64,000 bases of DNA from Nannocystales bacterium (GCA_050633305.1 JBOEGF010000004.1:352140-416139), one strand, 5' to 3'. Shown: positions 1 to 10,064, counted from the first letter of the stretch. Made by a program: numbers and translations. Notes: generated by a model not told the origin, from the sequence alone.

Positions 1-3000
1 ATTTCGACCCGCTTGATCGAGTCGATGCCCAAGTCTGCATCGAGTCCCATCGTCGGCTCGAGCATCTCCACGGGGTAGCCCGTCTTCTCCGATACGACCG
101 CCAACACGTCTTGTTGGACGCCGCTCGTCGGTGGCGACACAGGCTGCGCTGCGACGACCGGGGGTGCTGCTTGGGAGACGGGAACTGCGGGGGGGGCAAC
201 GACCGGGGCCGTCGCGGACGGAGGCGTTCGCACGATCGGCGCCATGACGGGCGGAGACGCCACGGGAGCGGCCATGACCGGACTTGGTTGCCCCGTTGCG
301 AGGGCGCCGAGGGCTTGCAGCGCCTGGGTCTGCCCCTCGAGGAACTGCTGGTGCAGTCGGGCGGTCTGTGCCTGCAGGGCCAGCAACGCTGCCATCGGAT
401 CGTCGGCCGACAAGGCGGGGACACCGGGCAACGGAGCGGGCGCAGGGGAAGGGATCGGACGCTGGGTCATGACGGGAACGGTTGCCGGGCTGGGTGTCGG
501 CGAAGGCGCGGGGACGGCCGGCGCGACGCGGGGCCGCTCGACCGGGGCCGGTTTGAGATTCGCGCCGCAGATCAGGGTCCGCAGCGTGGGTTTGCCCTCG
601 GCCGGGAGTTCGGGAACTTCGGGGTCCCAGACATGCAGATCCACGGGGTGCCCCCATGCCGCGAGGGCTGCGAGCGCACAGGCGAGGTCGAGAAGACCCG
701 AGCGTTTTCCCGCAGACGCATCGATCGCACAGGTCTGCGCGCGGTCGCCTGCGATTGCCGCCACGAGCCCGGACAACCGACGGCCCGGCCCGATCTCGAT
801 GAACGTGTCGATGCCGTCCGCAAGCATCGCCTCGATGCAGCCCACGAACTCCACGGGCGCCGCGATCTGCCGTGCCAGCGTGGCTCGCATCTCCGTCTCC
901 GTACCGGAGTATGGAGCGCCGGAGACGTTCGCAAACACGGGCAGGTCCGGCTCCGCAAAACGGACGAAGCTGAGCGACTCCGCGAACGGTGCCTGAGCAC
1001 CGGCCACCAGCGGACTGTGGAAAGCAGCGGCGACATCGAGCCGACGCACCCGGACGCTCTTGGCTTCGAGGGCCGTCGCAGCGGCCTCGATGTCGGCGCT
1101 CGAGCCCGAACACACCATCTGCGTCGGACTGTTGCGGTTTGCGATGACGACGTCGGGCAGACCTGCCTCGCGAAGGTGTTCCTGAACCTGCGCCAGCGAA
1201 GCGGCGACCGCCAACATGCTCCCGCGGTCCCCTTCCCCTTTGGCCATCAGCTCGCCCCGACTCCGGGAGACCCGACCGAGGGCCTCGATCGGGAGCGTGC
1301 CCGCGGCACACAACGCGCTGAGTTCCCCGTAGCTGTGCCCGACCGCGGCATCGAACACGACGTCGAAGCCGCGCAAGACCTCCAGCGCGCCCATGCTCAC
1401 CGCCCCGAGGGCTGGCTGCGCGTTCTGGGTCGCGGTGATTGCCGCCCCCTGGGCCGCGCGCGCCTCGTCGGTCCAGGCGTGCGGTGGATACAGCGCGCCC
1501 GCCACCTCTGGAAGGTCAGCCAGCACATGCTCGACGGTCTGCCGCATGCGTGGGAAGAAACAGGACAAGTCGCCGAGCATGTGCACCGACTGCGCACCTT
1601 GGCCGGGGAACAACGCCGCCAGCAGACCTCGCGCTTCACCCTCGCCGAATGCGGCGCCCTGGGGCGTGGTGAACCGACCCCGACTGTCGGAAGCGACCGC
1701 GGTCGCGACCTGACCCAGCACGGCCCCGACGTCGTCTCCTCGCCGTAGCGGGATCACCACCCGGCAGTGCGCCTGTCCGTCGAACGACGACCGCGTCGCG
1801 TGGGCCCGGCGACGCAGGTCGGTCCAGTCGGCCACGTTGAGGCCGCGCAATGCCGCGGCCAAGCCGTCCCGACTGGCGGCCGAGAACGCAAGGATCTGCA
1901 CATCGCCGTCCCAGGCGGGACGGTCCGCGCCGTCGGCTTCCTCCAAGACGCAGTGGAAGTTGCTGCCCCCAAAGCCAAATGCACTCACGGCGGCTCGCCG
2001 AGGATGCTCGGGCGAGGCGAGCCACGGCCGCTTGCTGCCACTGACGTAGAACGCGGGCGCGTCGTCGAGCGCCTCGTTGGGTCGAGAGACCTTCAGCGTG
2101 GGCGGCAAGACGCGGTGGTGCAGTGACAGCGAAGCCTTGATCAGCCCTGCGACGCCGGCCGCAGCCTTGGTGTGGCCAATCATCGACTTGACGGATCCCA
2201 GCGCGCACCAAGGTTGTGCCGCAGGCTCGGCCCCGTAGACCGACGCCAGGCCGCGCAGCTCCGTCGCGTCGCCAACCTTGGTGCCCGTCCCGTGCCCCTC
2301 GAGCAGGCCGACCGTGCGGGGCTCGATGTCCGCCTGCGCGTACGCCTGCCGGAGCGCACGCGCTTGACCGTCGGATGCGGGCGCGTAGATCGCCTGGCCT
2401 TTGCCATCGCTTGAGGTGCCCATCCCACGCAGCACCGCGTAGATCCGGTCACCGTCGCGCTGGGCGTCCTCGAGTCGCTTGAGCACCACGACCCCCACGC
2501 CCTCCCCGAGCATCGTCCCGTCTGCATCGTCGCTGAACGGGCGCGCGTCCCCGCTCGCCGACAGTGCGGGCGTCTTCGAGAAACAGGTGTACATGAACAC
2601 GTCGTTGAACGCGTCCACGCCACCGGAGAGCATGAGATCCGCACGCCCCGTCTGAAGCTCCAACATCGCCAGATGAAGCGCTGACAAGGACGAGGCGCAG
2701 GCCGCATCGACCACGCAGTTCGTGCCGTGCAGGTCCAGGCGGTTCGCAATGCGCCCCGCGGTGACGTTGCCCAGCAGCCCCGGGAACGAGTTCTCCTGCC
2801 ACGGTACGTAGCCGTCGGAGATCCGGGTGACCACATCTTCGGCGACCGCTTCGTCGACCCCCGCTTCCCGCAGCGCACGACGCCACAGCGGATGTCCGAG
2901 CCGTGCCCCCAACGGAACGACCAACTCGAGCGCTCCGGTCACGCCCAGGACGACGCCGGTGCGCTCCTTGTCGAAGTCGCGTCCGCCAGGGCCGAGCCCA

Positions 3001-3320
3001 GCATCTTCGAGTGCCCGCGAGGCCACATGCAGCGAGAGCAGCTGCGTGGTGTCCGTGGCTTCGAGATCCCGAGGGGCGATGCCGAACTTCAGCGGCTCGA
3101 AGTCGATCGGCGTCAAGAACCCACCTCGACGGGCGTAGACCTTGTCCGGAGCCTTGGGGTCCGCGTCGTAGTGGTCCTCAGGTCGCCAGTGCGTCTGCGG
3201 CACGTCCGTGATCGCATCGACGCCATCGCGCAAGTTTGCCCAGAACCGCGTGGGCGAGTCGGCGGCAGGGAAGAGGCAGTCGAGGCCGACAATTGCGATC
3301 GGAGAGTTGGAAGCGGTCAC
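1..3320 (-). CDS. pfaA: PUFA synthase PfaA/Pfa2-type iterative type I PKS (KS-MAT-ACP...), partial; runs off the left end of the window
   Basis: Not in the ORF track (no stop inside the window). Manual translation from GTG at 3320 gives VTASNSPIAIVGLDCLFP... (KS start), KS active site VVDAACASSL, AT motifs GHSYG and AFHSP, a Pro/Ala-rich linker, then the ACP signature EKTGYPVEMLEPTMGLDADLGIDSIKRVE at the window edge in the same frame. The GTG overlaps the pfaD stop (GTGA). Confidence 0.92.
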   Translation of the reverse strand, partial: MTASNSPIAIVGLDCLFPAADSPTRFWANLRDGVDAITDVPQTHWRPEDHYDADPKAPDKVYARRGGFLTPIDFEPLKFGIAPRDLEATDTTQLLSLHVASRALEDAGLGPGGRDFDKERTGVVLGVTGALELVVPLGARLGHPLWRRALREAGVDEAVAEDVVTRISDGYVPWQENSFPGLLGNVTAGRIANRLDLHGTNCVVDAACASSLSALHLAMLELQTGRADLMLSGGVDAFNDVFMYTCFSKTPALSASGDARPFSDDADGTMLGEGVGVVVLKRLEDAQRDGDRIYAVLRGMGTSSDGKGQAIYAPASDGQARALRQAYAQADIEPRTVGLLEGHGTGTKVGDATELRGLASVYGAEPAAQPWCALGSVKSMIGHTKAAAGVAGLIKASLSLHHRVLPPTLKVSRPNEALDDAPAFYVSGSKRPWLASPEHPRRAAVSAFGFGGSNFHCVLEEADGADRPAWDGDVQILAFSAASRDGLAAALRGLNVADWTDLRRRAHATRSSFDGQAHCRVVIPLRRGDDVGAVLGQVATAVASDSRGRFTTPQGAAFGEGEARGLLAALFPGQGAQSVHMLGDLSCFFPRMRQTVEHVLADLPEVAGALYPPHAWTDEARAAQGAAITATQNAQPALGAVSMGALEVLRGFDVVFDAAVGHSYGELSALCAAGTLPIEALGRVSRSRGELMAKGEGDRGSMLAVAASLAQVQEHLREAGLPDVVIANRNSPTQMVCSGSSADIEAAATALEAKSVRVRRLDVAAAFHSPLVAGAQAPFAESLSFVRFAEPDLPVFANVSGAPYSGTETEMRATLARQIAAPVEFVGCIEAMLADGIDTFIEIGPGRRLSGLVAAIAGDRAQTCAIDASAGKRSGLLDLACALAALAAWGHPVDLHVWDPEVPELPAEGKPTLRTLICGANLKPAPVERPRVAPAVPAPSPTPSPATVPVMTQRPIPSPAPAPLPGVPALSADDPMAALLALQAQTARLHQQFLEGQTQALQALGALATGQPSPVMAAPVASPPVMAPIVRTPPSATAPVVAPPAVPVSQAAPPVVAAQPVSPPTSGVQQDVLAVVSEKTGYPVEMLEPTMGLDADLGIDSIKRVE

Positions 3321-4978
3321 AGGCAGAGTTCCTCGAGTTGGGCGACTGGACGGGGGCGAAGGTCGAGCGAGTCCGCAGCCACGTGCACCCCTTGGGCACG
3401 CAACGCGGACAAGCGCGTGAGCACGGCGGCGCCGTGCAGCAAGCTGAGCGAGATCGGAACGACCCGGCGCTTGGACGGCTGGGCGAAGTCGGTCCCGGCG
3501 GTCCAAGCATTGAAGCCGCCGATCGCCGGACCACACCAAACCTGAAAGTCAGGTTCGCGCGCGGCCAACCCACGGTTCGCCCACCGAGAGGCCTGGCCGA
3601 GATACGCCCGAAAACACAGCGCCATCTTGTGCTTGGGGTCCCGCTGCGCCTTGGCCACTTGTTCGGGGTCCCGATCCGACCAGAAGCTGGCGGTGTCCGT
3701 CCAAACCTGGTCTAGCGGCTTGCGGAACACGGTGCGCTCCAGACTCTCGCGCTCCGGTTGCGGGATCGCATCCAGGCTCGCGTGAGCTCGATACAGATCC
3801 CAGAGTTTGCGGGCCCGCATCGGAAACAGCGTGCCTCGCCGCAGGACCTGCAGCTCGACCCCCATCTCGAACATGTCGGCAGCCGGCGCCATCGTGACGT
3901 CGGCCTCGCCGGCCTCCGCCAGCCGTGCCCGGACCGCATCGCTGGTGCCCGATTCGACGCAGGCTTGGTTGATGGTCCCGGTGACCACGTAGGCCGCCCC
4001 CATCGCGAATGCGGCCGCGGCGGCATGCGGGGTTCCAATCCCTCCGGCTGCGCCGACTCGGATCTGCGCGGCTGCAGGATGCGTGCGGGCGACCTCGTCT
4101 CGCAACGCGATCATCGAGGGCACCAGGGTGAGCGCCGGCCGGTTGTCGGTGTGCCCGCCCGAATCCGCCTCGGCGGTCAGGTCCGTCGCCACGGGGAGCT
4201 TGGCCGCGAGCTCTGCCTGAGCGCCGGTGAGTGCGCCAGACTCGACCAGGGCGTGGAGCCACTTGGCCTGTGGCGGCGCCAAGAACTTACGCGCCACCTC
4301 GGCGCGGGAGACCTTCGCCACCACCCGGTTTGGCGCGCGCACGCTCCCCTGTGCGTCCGTGGTGATGCCCGTGTATCGGTAGCGGAGCAATGGCAGCGTG
4401 AGGTCGAGATAGGCCGACGCTGATACCGTCCGAACGCCGTGGCGCAAGTACAGATCCACGACCGCATCTTCGAGTTTGGGCTCGTACGGGCTGTGGATCA
4501 GGTTGCTGCCCCACGGACGATCGAGCAAGCGGGTGCTCAGGCCACCGATGGCGTCCTCGACCTCGGACAAACTCAGGCCCGCCGCACCGAAGAACGACAA
4601 CATGCCAGCCTTCGCGAACGCCTCGACCATCGCGACCGAGGCGATGCCCCCGGCCATCGCTCCGCCGAAAAGATTGAAGCGAGCCCCGTGGTCCCGGGCG
4701 AAACTCGGGTCGCCCAGATGCTCGAGCGGCGACGCGGGAATCACCCCCCGGAGCGCGAGTGCATCTTGCTGTCGACTCCCAAGCCGCGCTTCACCGACAG
4801 GCGTGACCCGAGCATGCCCATCGTGCTCCACCACATACAGCGGGACGTGCACGCGACCAAGCCAAGCCGCGACCGACGAAGCGTCGTGAACGAGCTCGCT
4901 CGTATCACCGAGCCAGCTTCCGAGGGGACCGCGGGAGTGGGATGTCACCGTCATCGAGGCGGCTTGGTCGTACGGCAT
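3317..4978 (-). CDS. pfaD: PfaD/Pfa1 family PUFA biosynthesis enoyl reductase (FMN-dependent)
   Basis: Motifs GGAMAGGIAS, AEADSGGHTDNRP, VGAAGGIGTP, MAPAADMFEMGVELQVL, FQVWCGPAIG. Translationally coupled to pfaA. Alternative start ATG at 4954. Confidence 0.93.
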   Translation of the reverse strand: MPYDQAASMTVTSHSRGPLGSWLGDTSELVHDASSVAAWLGRVHVPLYVVEHDGHARVTPVGEARLGSRQQDALALRGVIPASPLEHLGDPSFARDHGARFNLFGGAMAGGIASVAMVEAFAKAGMLSFFGAAGLSLSEVEDAIGGLSTRLLDRPWGSNLIHSPYEPKLEDAVVDLYLRHGVRTVSASAYLDLTLPLLRYRYTGITTDAQGSVRAPNRVVAKVSRAEVARKFLAPPQAKWLHALVESGALTGAQAELAAKLPVATDLTAEADSGGHTDNRPALTLVPSMIALRDEVARTHPAAAQIRVGAAGGIGTPHAAAAAFAMGAAYVVTGTINQACVESGTSDAVRARLAEAGEADVTMAPAADMFEMGVELQVLRRGTLFPMRARKLWDLYRAHASLDAIPQPERESLERTVFRKPLDQVWTDTASFWSDRDPEQVAKAQRDPKHKMALCFRAYLGQASRWANRGLAAREPDFQVWCGPAIGGFNAWTAGTDFAQPSKRRVVPISLSLLHGAAVLTRLSALRAQGVHVAADSLDLRPRPVAQLEELCL

Positions 4979-5192
4979 CGGCCGGCCTGAAACAACGGAA
5001 TACGGCCGAATTGACCGACTCTGTGACGTTTGCGGTCACGACCGCGCGGACCCTTTCACCACCTTGTGCAATCGTGGCCTCCGCTCGCCCGAGGGTGACA
5101 TCGATTGGTGCCACGGTCCTCCATTCCGGCGCGCACCGCAGCGCTCGGAACCCGCATCACGCGGGCCTTCGGCTCCGAGAAACGTCGAGCGA

Positions 5193-5837
5193 TCACTCCG
5201 AAACCACCGCTGTGATCACATGCTCGCCGAGCATTGCGAACCGCCCCGAGAGCACATCCCCGACGCTCCACGGCGACGCATCTTGCCGAAATGTCGCGTT
5301 GAACTGTTGCAAGCCGGAGTCCACCGCGATCCACATCGCAGAGAACGGCAGGAACAACCCGGACGAAGGGTACTGGGCCTTGTACGCGGCCTCTTTCGCC
5401 CCGAAGATCCGCTTGGCCACCAGCGGACGTGCCTGTTGCGGCCATGACTCGAGGTGGCACATGTCCTCTTCTGTCAGGATCACGTGCCAGTACTTCTCCT
5501 CCAGCGGCTTGGCCAGCTCGATGTCGAGCCCCACTCCGGAGATCTCCGCAGCGTCCGTCATCGCGACGCCAACCCAAGGGCCACAATGACTGATCGAAGC
5601 CTGGATCCCTGCTGGCCACGGCACCGCCCCGTGCTTCCCCCGCAGGAGCGGTTGCTCGGGCATTCCGAACTCCCGCAACATGCGACGCGCCAACAGGCGC
5701 CCCGCTGCAAACTCGCGCCGTCGCTTCGGGACCGCCTTGGCGATCAGCGCGAGTTCTTGCGCCGGAAGCTCAGCCGGGTCGGGGTTCCCGATCGGCTCGA
5801 TGCACAGGCGCACGCGGGCGTCGAAGAGACCGTCCAC
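5193..5837 (-). CDS. 4'-phosphopantetheinyl transferase (EntD/Sfp family), candidate PfaE
   Basis: Motifs KRRREFAAGR, ASISHC, GVGLDIE, FGAKEAAYKA. GTG start at 5837 chosen; the ORF track extends to 5897, overlapping the divergent gene. Confidence 0.88.
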   Translation of the reverse strand: MDGLFDARVRLCIEPIGNPDPAELPAQELALIAKAVPKRRREFAAGRLLARRMLREFGMPEQPLLRGKHGAVPWPAGIQASISHCGPWVGVAMTDAAEISGVGLDIELAKPLEEKYWHVILTEEDMCHLESWPQQARPLVAKRIFGAKEAAYKAQYPSSGLFLPFSAMWIAVDSGLQQFNATFRQDASPWSVGDVLSGRFAMLGEHVITAVVSE

Positions 5838-5905
5838 GGTGCGCAGTGTGGCGCACGCAGAGCCGAATGGTAAGTTCCGGGGCAGTGGCCACCCCAATCT
5901 CGCCC

Positions 5906-6415
5906 GTGGAGAGCCGCATCTCGGTCGTCCGCGCGGACATCACGACGCTCGACGTCGACGCCATCGTGAACGCCGCCAACGCGTCCTTGCGTGGTGGCGG
6001 GGGCGTGGATGGGGCGATCCACCGGGCAGCGGGTCCGGGCCTGCTCGAGCACTGTCGCACCCTCGGAGGCTCCCGCCCCGGCGAGGTCACCATGACCCCT
6101 GCGTTCAACCTCCCCATGAAGGCGATCCTGCATGCGGTTGGGCCGGTGTGGAGGGGCGGCGACCACGGGGAGCTCGGCCAGCTCCGCTCCTGTTATTCGC
6201 GGGCGTGCGCCCTGTGTCAGGAACATGGTCTTCAACGCGTCGCCTTCCCCGCGATCTCGACGGGGGCCTACCGCTACCCTCCCGCGAAGGCGGCTCGGGT
6301 CGCCGTCGAAGCCGTGCGGAATGCGCTGGCCGCGGCCAACCTGCCGACCCACGTGGTGTTTTGCTGTTTCTCCGACGGTGACGCTCGCACGTACAACAAG
6401 GCGCTGGGCCGCTGA
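5906..6415 (+). CDS. Macro domain O-acetyl-ADP-ribose deacetylase (YmdB-like)
   Basis: DITTLDVDAIVNAANASLRGGGGVDGAIHRAAG, HAVGP, AFPAISTGAYRYP. GTG start at 5906 inferred. Confidence 0.92.
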   Translation: MESRISVVRADITTLDVDAIVNAANASLRGGGGVDGAIHRAAGPGLLEHCRTLGGSRPGEVTMTPAFNLPMKAILHAVGPVWRGGDHGELGQLRSCYSRACALCQEHGLQRVAFPAISTGAYRYPPAKAARVAVEAVRNALAAANLPTHVVFCCFSDGDARTYNKALGR

Positions 6416-6487
6416 TCCCCAAAGACGGCCGTGGACAGCCGCCCAAGACCAAGCTAGGTTCCCCTCCGCCTCGCTTCGGTGAGCGCC

Positions 6488-6561
6488 GCTCGCATAGCTC
6501 AGTCGGATAGAGCAACGGTTTCCTAAACCGTAGGCCGCAGGTTCGATTCCTGCTGCGAGCA
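6488..6561 (+). tRNA. tRNA-Arg (anticodon CCT)
   Basis: Acceptor stem GCTCGCA/TGCGAGC, D-arm TAGCTCAGTCGGATAGAGC, anticodon arm ACGGT-TTCCTAA-ACCGT, T-arm GCAGG-TTCGATT-CCTGC. No encoded CCA. Confidence 0.95.
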
Positions 6562-6927
6562 CTGCAGAGAAGACACTGTTCAAAGCACCGGTCCGCCTTT
6601 TGCGGTCCCGCGTCGGTCCCATTGCATCCCCTCTGCCCCCGAAGGGCGCGCCCTGCCTCGAGGAGATCGGCCACGGGTACAACCGGGTCGTCAGCGAGTC
6701 GCGGTCTCCACCCACCCGTCGGAGAGGTCGGGGTACTCTCTGCGAAAACGATCGGCTCAGGTCGTCTCGATCGCTGCCAGGGGCCAGTACCCGGCCTCGA
6801 TCCGCCGTCACCGGTCGTGACACGCTCGCACGCCGGCGATGAAGCCCCCGTGGTGGGATCGCTGGGAGAAGGAGTGCGGTTCGGCTTCGCAGGCGCCCCG
6901 GCAGCCTCGGGACCAGAGCGCCGGCAT

Positions 6928-7560
6928 TCACGCGTCGAGCTGGGTTGGGAGGGACCCTCGTACCTGCCGCATGTGTTCGCCCAAGGATGTTCCCGTCAGC
7001 ACGGCCAGACCGCCGGCCAGGCCGAGGACGTCCAATTGCTCGCGAAGCTCCCTGCGCGCCCGACGAAGGCGGGTGGCGACCGTTCCGGGCGGGATTTGAA
7101 GGGTTTCAGCGATCTCCCGCGCAGTGAACCCCTCGTACTCCTTGAGTTCGAGCAACAACTGATCGTCGAGCGTCATCCGCCGCATCGCCTCGACGAGTCG
7201 AGACTCGCGTTCACGTGCCGACCAAACCGAGGTCAGAGAGCGCTCGCCCAGCGTTGGGACGAACGAGCCATCGGTGACGGGCGACTCCTCCTTGCGGGAG
7301 CGTTGGCGTCGGTAGTATGCGACGAGCTTCCAGCGCCCGATCCCGAGTAGATAGGACCGGAAGGTGACGGCCCCCCTGTACTTGGTTCCATTGAGGCAGA
7401 GCGTTTCAAACGTTGCTTGGGTAAGGTCGGCGCTCGCATCAGGATCGAGCCGTGTGTGGAAGAACGAGTAGACCGCCCGATAGTGCCGCTGAACGAGTTC
7501 CTGGCCCGAGGTTCGATCTCCATCCATCCAGCACGCGAGTAACTCAACGTCCGAGTCCAT
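6928..7560 (-). CDS. ECF (sigma-70 group 4) RNA polymerase sigma factor
   Basis: Sigma2 region (ELVQRHYRAVYSFF...ADLTQATF...FRSYLLGIGRWK) and sigma4 HTH (YEGFTAREIAETLQIPPGTVATRLRRARREL). Confidence 0.9.
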   Translation of the reverse strand: MDSDVELLACWMDGDRTSGQELVQRHYRAVYSFFHTRLDPDASADLTQATFETLCLNGTKYRGAVTFRSYLLGIGRWKLVAYYRRQRSRKEESPVTDGSFVPTLGERSLTSVWSARERESRLVEAMRRMTLDDQLLLELKEYEGFTAREIAETLQIPPGTVATRLRRARRELREQLDVLGLAGGLAVLTGTSLGEHMRQVRGSLPTQLDA

Positions 7561-7600
7561 GGGCGCTCACAGTAGCAACGCGACGTCGCGCAACAAACCG

Positions 7601-10042
7601 ATGTCAGCTCCGAGGGACATAGGCGCCTCCCGAATTTCGCCGGCCACCGAGGCGGTTTCCTTCTTCCAAGAGGACCTCATCGCGCGGGTCGTAGGCGGAG
7701 GCATCGAGTCTACCCCCGAAGCCCCGGCGGACTATGAACTCATCGAACGCCTGGGCGAGGGCGGGATGGGCGAGGTTTGGCGCGCACGCTCGAAGCACCA
7801 CGGGCTCGTCGCCTTGAAGCTATTGCGCAGATCGCTCGCGAGAGTCCCTAGCTGTCAGCGCCGGTTCCTGCGCGAGGCCCGTGCGACCCAAGCCATCTCG
7901 AACCCCGGCGTGGTCGTGACCTACGACGTTGGGACCTGTCAGGACGGCCGTCCCTTCATCGCGATGGAGCTGGTCGAAGGCCGAACCCTTCGGGACGTCA
8001 TCGACGCAGACGGCCCGCTCGATTGGGCTCGCGCCTGCTCGATCTGGACCCAAGTGGCAGCGGGGCTGGCCGCCGCGCACGAGCAGGGCATCGTCCATCG
8101 CGATATCAAGCCATCGAACATCATCGTGCACCAAGACGACGACGGCCGTGAGCACTGCACGGTCATCGACTTCGGCCTCGTGCGCGCCTTGGGCGTCGAC
8201 GCGTCGACGGAGCTCACGACCACGGGCCAGCTGATCGGCACGCCGTCCTACATCAGCCCAGAGGCCCTTCGAGGCGTCGGCCCAGACACCCGAAGCGACC
8301 AGTACTCGCTGGGGTGCGTGATGTACGAGACGCTGGAGTCCACTCGCCCGTTCAACGGCTCGATGCTCGAGGAACTCTTCCTGCAGCATCTCACCGCCCG
8401 GCCGCCTGTACCGCGGCTGCCCAAGGTTCCCGAGCCGCTTCGCGTGCAAGCCTGGGCGGTCCTGAAAAAGTGTCTGGCGAAGGAACCACGGGATCGTTTC
8501 GACTCGATGGCAAGCGTGGTTCGGGCGCTCGCGTCCGTTCGGCCCGGTGCCCGGCCGGTCCGCAGCGGCCACCCGCCAGCGTGGTGGAGATCGAAGCGAG
8601 CCTTCGTCGCGATCGGGGTCCTGTGCGTTGCGGCGACGCTCGCGGCGTGGGCTGCCCTGCAAACTCGGCCGACCACGGCGTCCACCCAACGAGCGGTGCT
8701 CCCGGCAGAGCATCCCTCCGATGGGCGGGCAGTGGAAGTCGTCACCGGGGTCGCCTTCAGCTGTGCCCGATCGGAGGCCGGCAAGGTTCGTTGTTGGGGG
8801 GCAGACAGCAAAGGCCGCTTGGGCCGAGGGACGAGCGGCGCGAACATCGGGGACAACGAGCACCCGCGCTCTGCTCCCGCCCTCGACCTTCCAAAGGGCG
8901 GAGTCCCGACGCGCATCGTGAGCGGTCCTGATGCCCGACACGCCTGTCTGCTGTTCGACGGTGGTCGACTGCGCTGTTGGGGTAGCAACGAACACGGGGA
9001 ACTCGGCCACGGCACGACCGACGACTGGGGAGACAGCGCGGGCGAGACGATCCGGGCCCTGCCGGACCTCGGACTCAGCGTCGAGACGGTCGCCCTCGGT
9101 GGGGGATTCAGCTGTGCGACGAACCCTGCCGGCGAGGCTCGTTGTTGGGGAAAGGGGGACCACGGGGTACGCGGTGACGGGTCCGAGGTGTCGGTCGGGG
9201 ACGACGAGCCGATCGACACGGTCCGCCCCGTCGCGCTCGGCGACGCGAGCGTGCTTCAGCTCGCACTCGGGGCCGACCATGCCTGTGCTCGAATCCAGAG
9301 CGGGGAGCTGGACGACTCCGTGCGCTGTTGGGGGAGCAACGCCCACGGCCAGCTCGGCGTCGCGGGGTTTCCGTTTGCGATCGGAGATGGAGTGGGGAAC
9401 GGCCTCGGGCGGGGCGCGCGTCCCGATGATCCAGCGCTCGCGGTGTCAGGCCTGGAGGGGCTCCTGATCGAGAGCATCCACGCCGGTGGAAACCGCAGCT
9501 GCGTCGTCCAGACCCACGGCGGCGTGCGATGTTGGGGCGCGGATGCCCTGAGCGTGCTCGGGTATCAACCCGAGCACGTGCCATGGTGCACCTCGAGCGA
9601 GGCGTGCGACCTCGAGGCGCCTCCCCCGTTCGATCTCCCTCTCGGCTCTCCGACCGTCTCGTTGGCCCTCGGTCAGGATCACGCCTGCGCCGTCGACCCG
9701 GTGGGAGATGTCCGATGCTGGGGCACTGGGACCTGGGGCCGTCTCGGAGACGGTTCCAACGTCCTGGGTCGGGACGAAGCCCGCGGTGCATGGAGCCGGC
9801 CGGCCGAGGATCGAATCGTCGAGCTGGGAGACTTCGATCGCGACGGCTTCCGCGACCCGGTTACCGCGCTCTCCGCGTCCAACTGGCACACATGCGCCAC
9901 GATGGTGTCCGGCGGGGTCCGCTGCTGGGGTCGCGGGATCACGGGCCGCCTCGGCTACCGCAGCAGCGACAACATCGGAGACAACGAGACACCTGCGGCC
10001 TACTACGAGGCAACGGGCTACGCAGATATCCCGGTGTTCTAG
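7601..10042 (+). CDS. Transmembrane Ser/Thr protein kinase with extracytoplasmic RCC1-like beta-propeller repeats
   Basis: LGEGGMGEVW, VALK, HRDIKPSN, DFG, GTPSYISPE, DQYSLG; TM segment AFVAIGVLCVAATLAAWAAL; seven repeats of (H/F/R)xC...(V/L/A)RCWG...G.LG. Start ATG 7601 inferred. Confidence 0.9.
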   Translation: MSAPRDIGASRISPATEAVSFFQEDLIARVVGGGIESTPEAPADYELIERLGEGGMGEVWRARSKHHGLVALKLLRRSLARVPSCQRRFLREARATQAISNPGVVVTYDVGTCQDGRPFIAMELVEGRTLRDVIDADGPLDWARACSIWTQVAAGLAAAHEQGIVHRDIKPSNIIVHQDDDGREHCTVIDFGLVRALGVDASTELTTTGQLIGTPSYISPEALRGVGPDTRSDQYSLGCVMYETLESTRPFNGSMLEELFLQHLTARPPVPRLPKVPEPLRVQAWAVLKKCLAKEPRDRFDSMASVVRALASVRPGARPVRSGHPPAWWRSKRAFVAIGVLCVAATLAAWAALQTRPTTASTQRAVLPAEHPSDGRAVEVVTGVAFSCARSEAGKVRCWGADSKGRLGRGTSGANIGDNEHPRSAPALDLPKGGVPTRIVSGPDARHACLLFDGGRLRCWGSNEHGELGHGTTDDWGDSAGETIRALPDLGLSVETVALGGGFSCATNPAGEARCWGKGDHGVRGDGSEVSVGDDEPIDTVRPVALGDASVLQLALGADHACARIQSGELDDSVRCWGSNAHGQLGVAGFPFAIGDGVGNGLGRGARPDDPALAVSGLEGLLIESIHAGGNRSCVVQTHGGVRCWGADALSVLGYQPEHVPWCTSSEACDLEAPPPFDLPLGSPTVSLALGQDHACAVDPVGDVRCWGTGTWGRLGDGSNVLGRDEARGAWSRPAEDRIVELGDFDRDGFRDPVTALSASNWHTCATMVSGGVRCWGRGITGRLGYRSSDNIGDNETPAAYYEATGYADIPVF

Positions 10043-10064
10043 GGGCCTTTCGAAAGGGCCCCCT
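10041..10064 (+). terminator. GC-rich hairpin immediately after the kinase stop
   Basis: AGGGGCCTTT-CG-AAAGGGCCCCCT inverted repeat. No clear U-tract, so it may instead be an mRNA-stabilising stem. Confidence 0.4.

Noticed and set aside
111..1748. 545-aa plus-strand ORF and other long Arg/Gly-rich ORFs (e.g. 20986-22515, 47341-48975, 57025-59259, 62205-63524)
   Set aside because: Antisense shadow frames of real high-GC genes (pfaA, DUF2723, metalloprotease, pheT, acyl-CoA ligase); no motifs and typical shadow composition.
4905..5114. 69-aa ORF between the PPTase and pfaD
   Set aside because: Overlaps the pfaD start, has no recognisable motif and lies in the probable promoter region.
5906..6415. 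Macro domain as part of a toxin-antitoxin or anti-phage (DarTG/Thoeris) system
   Set aside because: Stand-alone YmdB-type protein with no ADP-ribosyltransferase, SIR2 or TIR partner adjacent.
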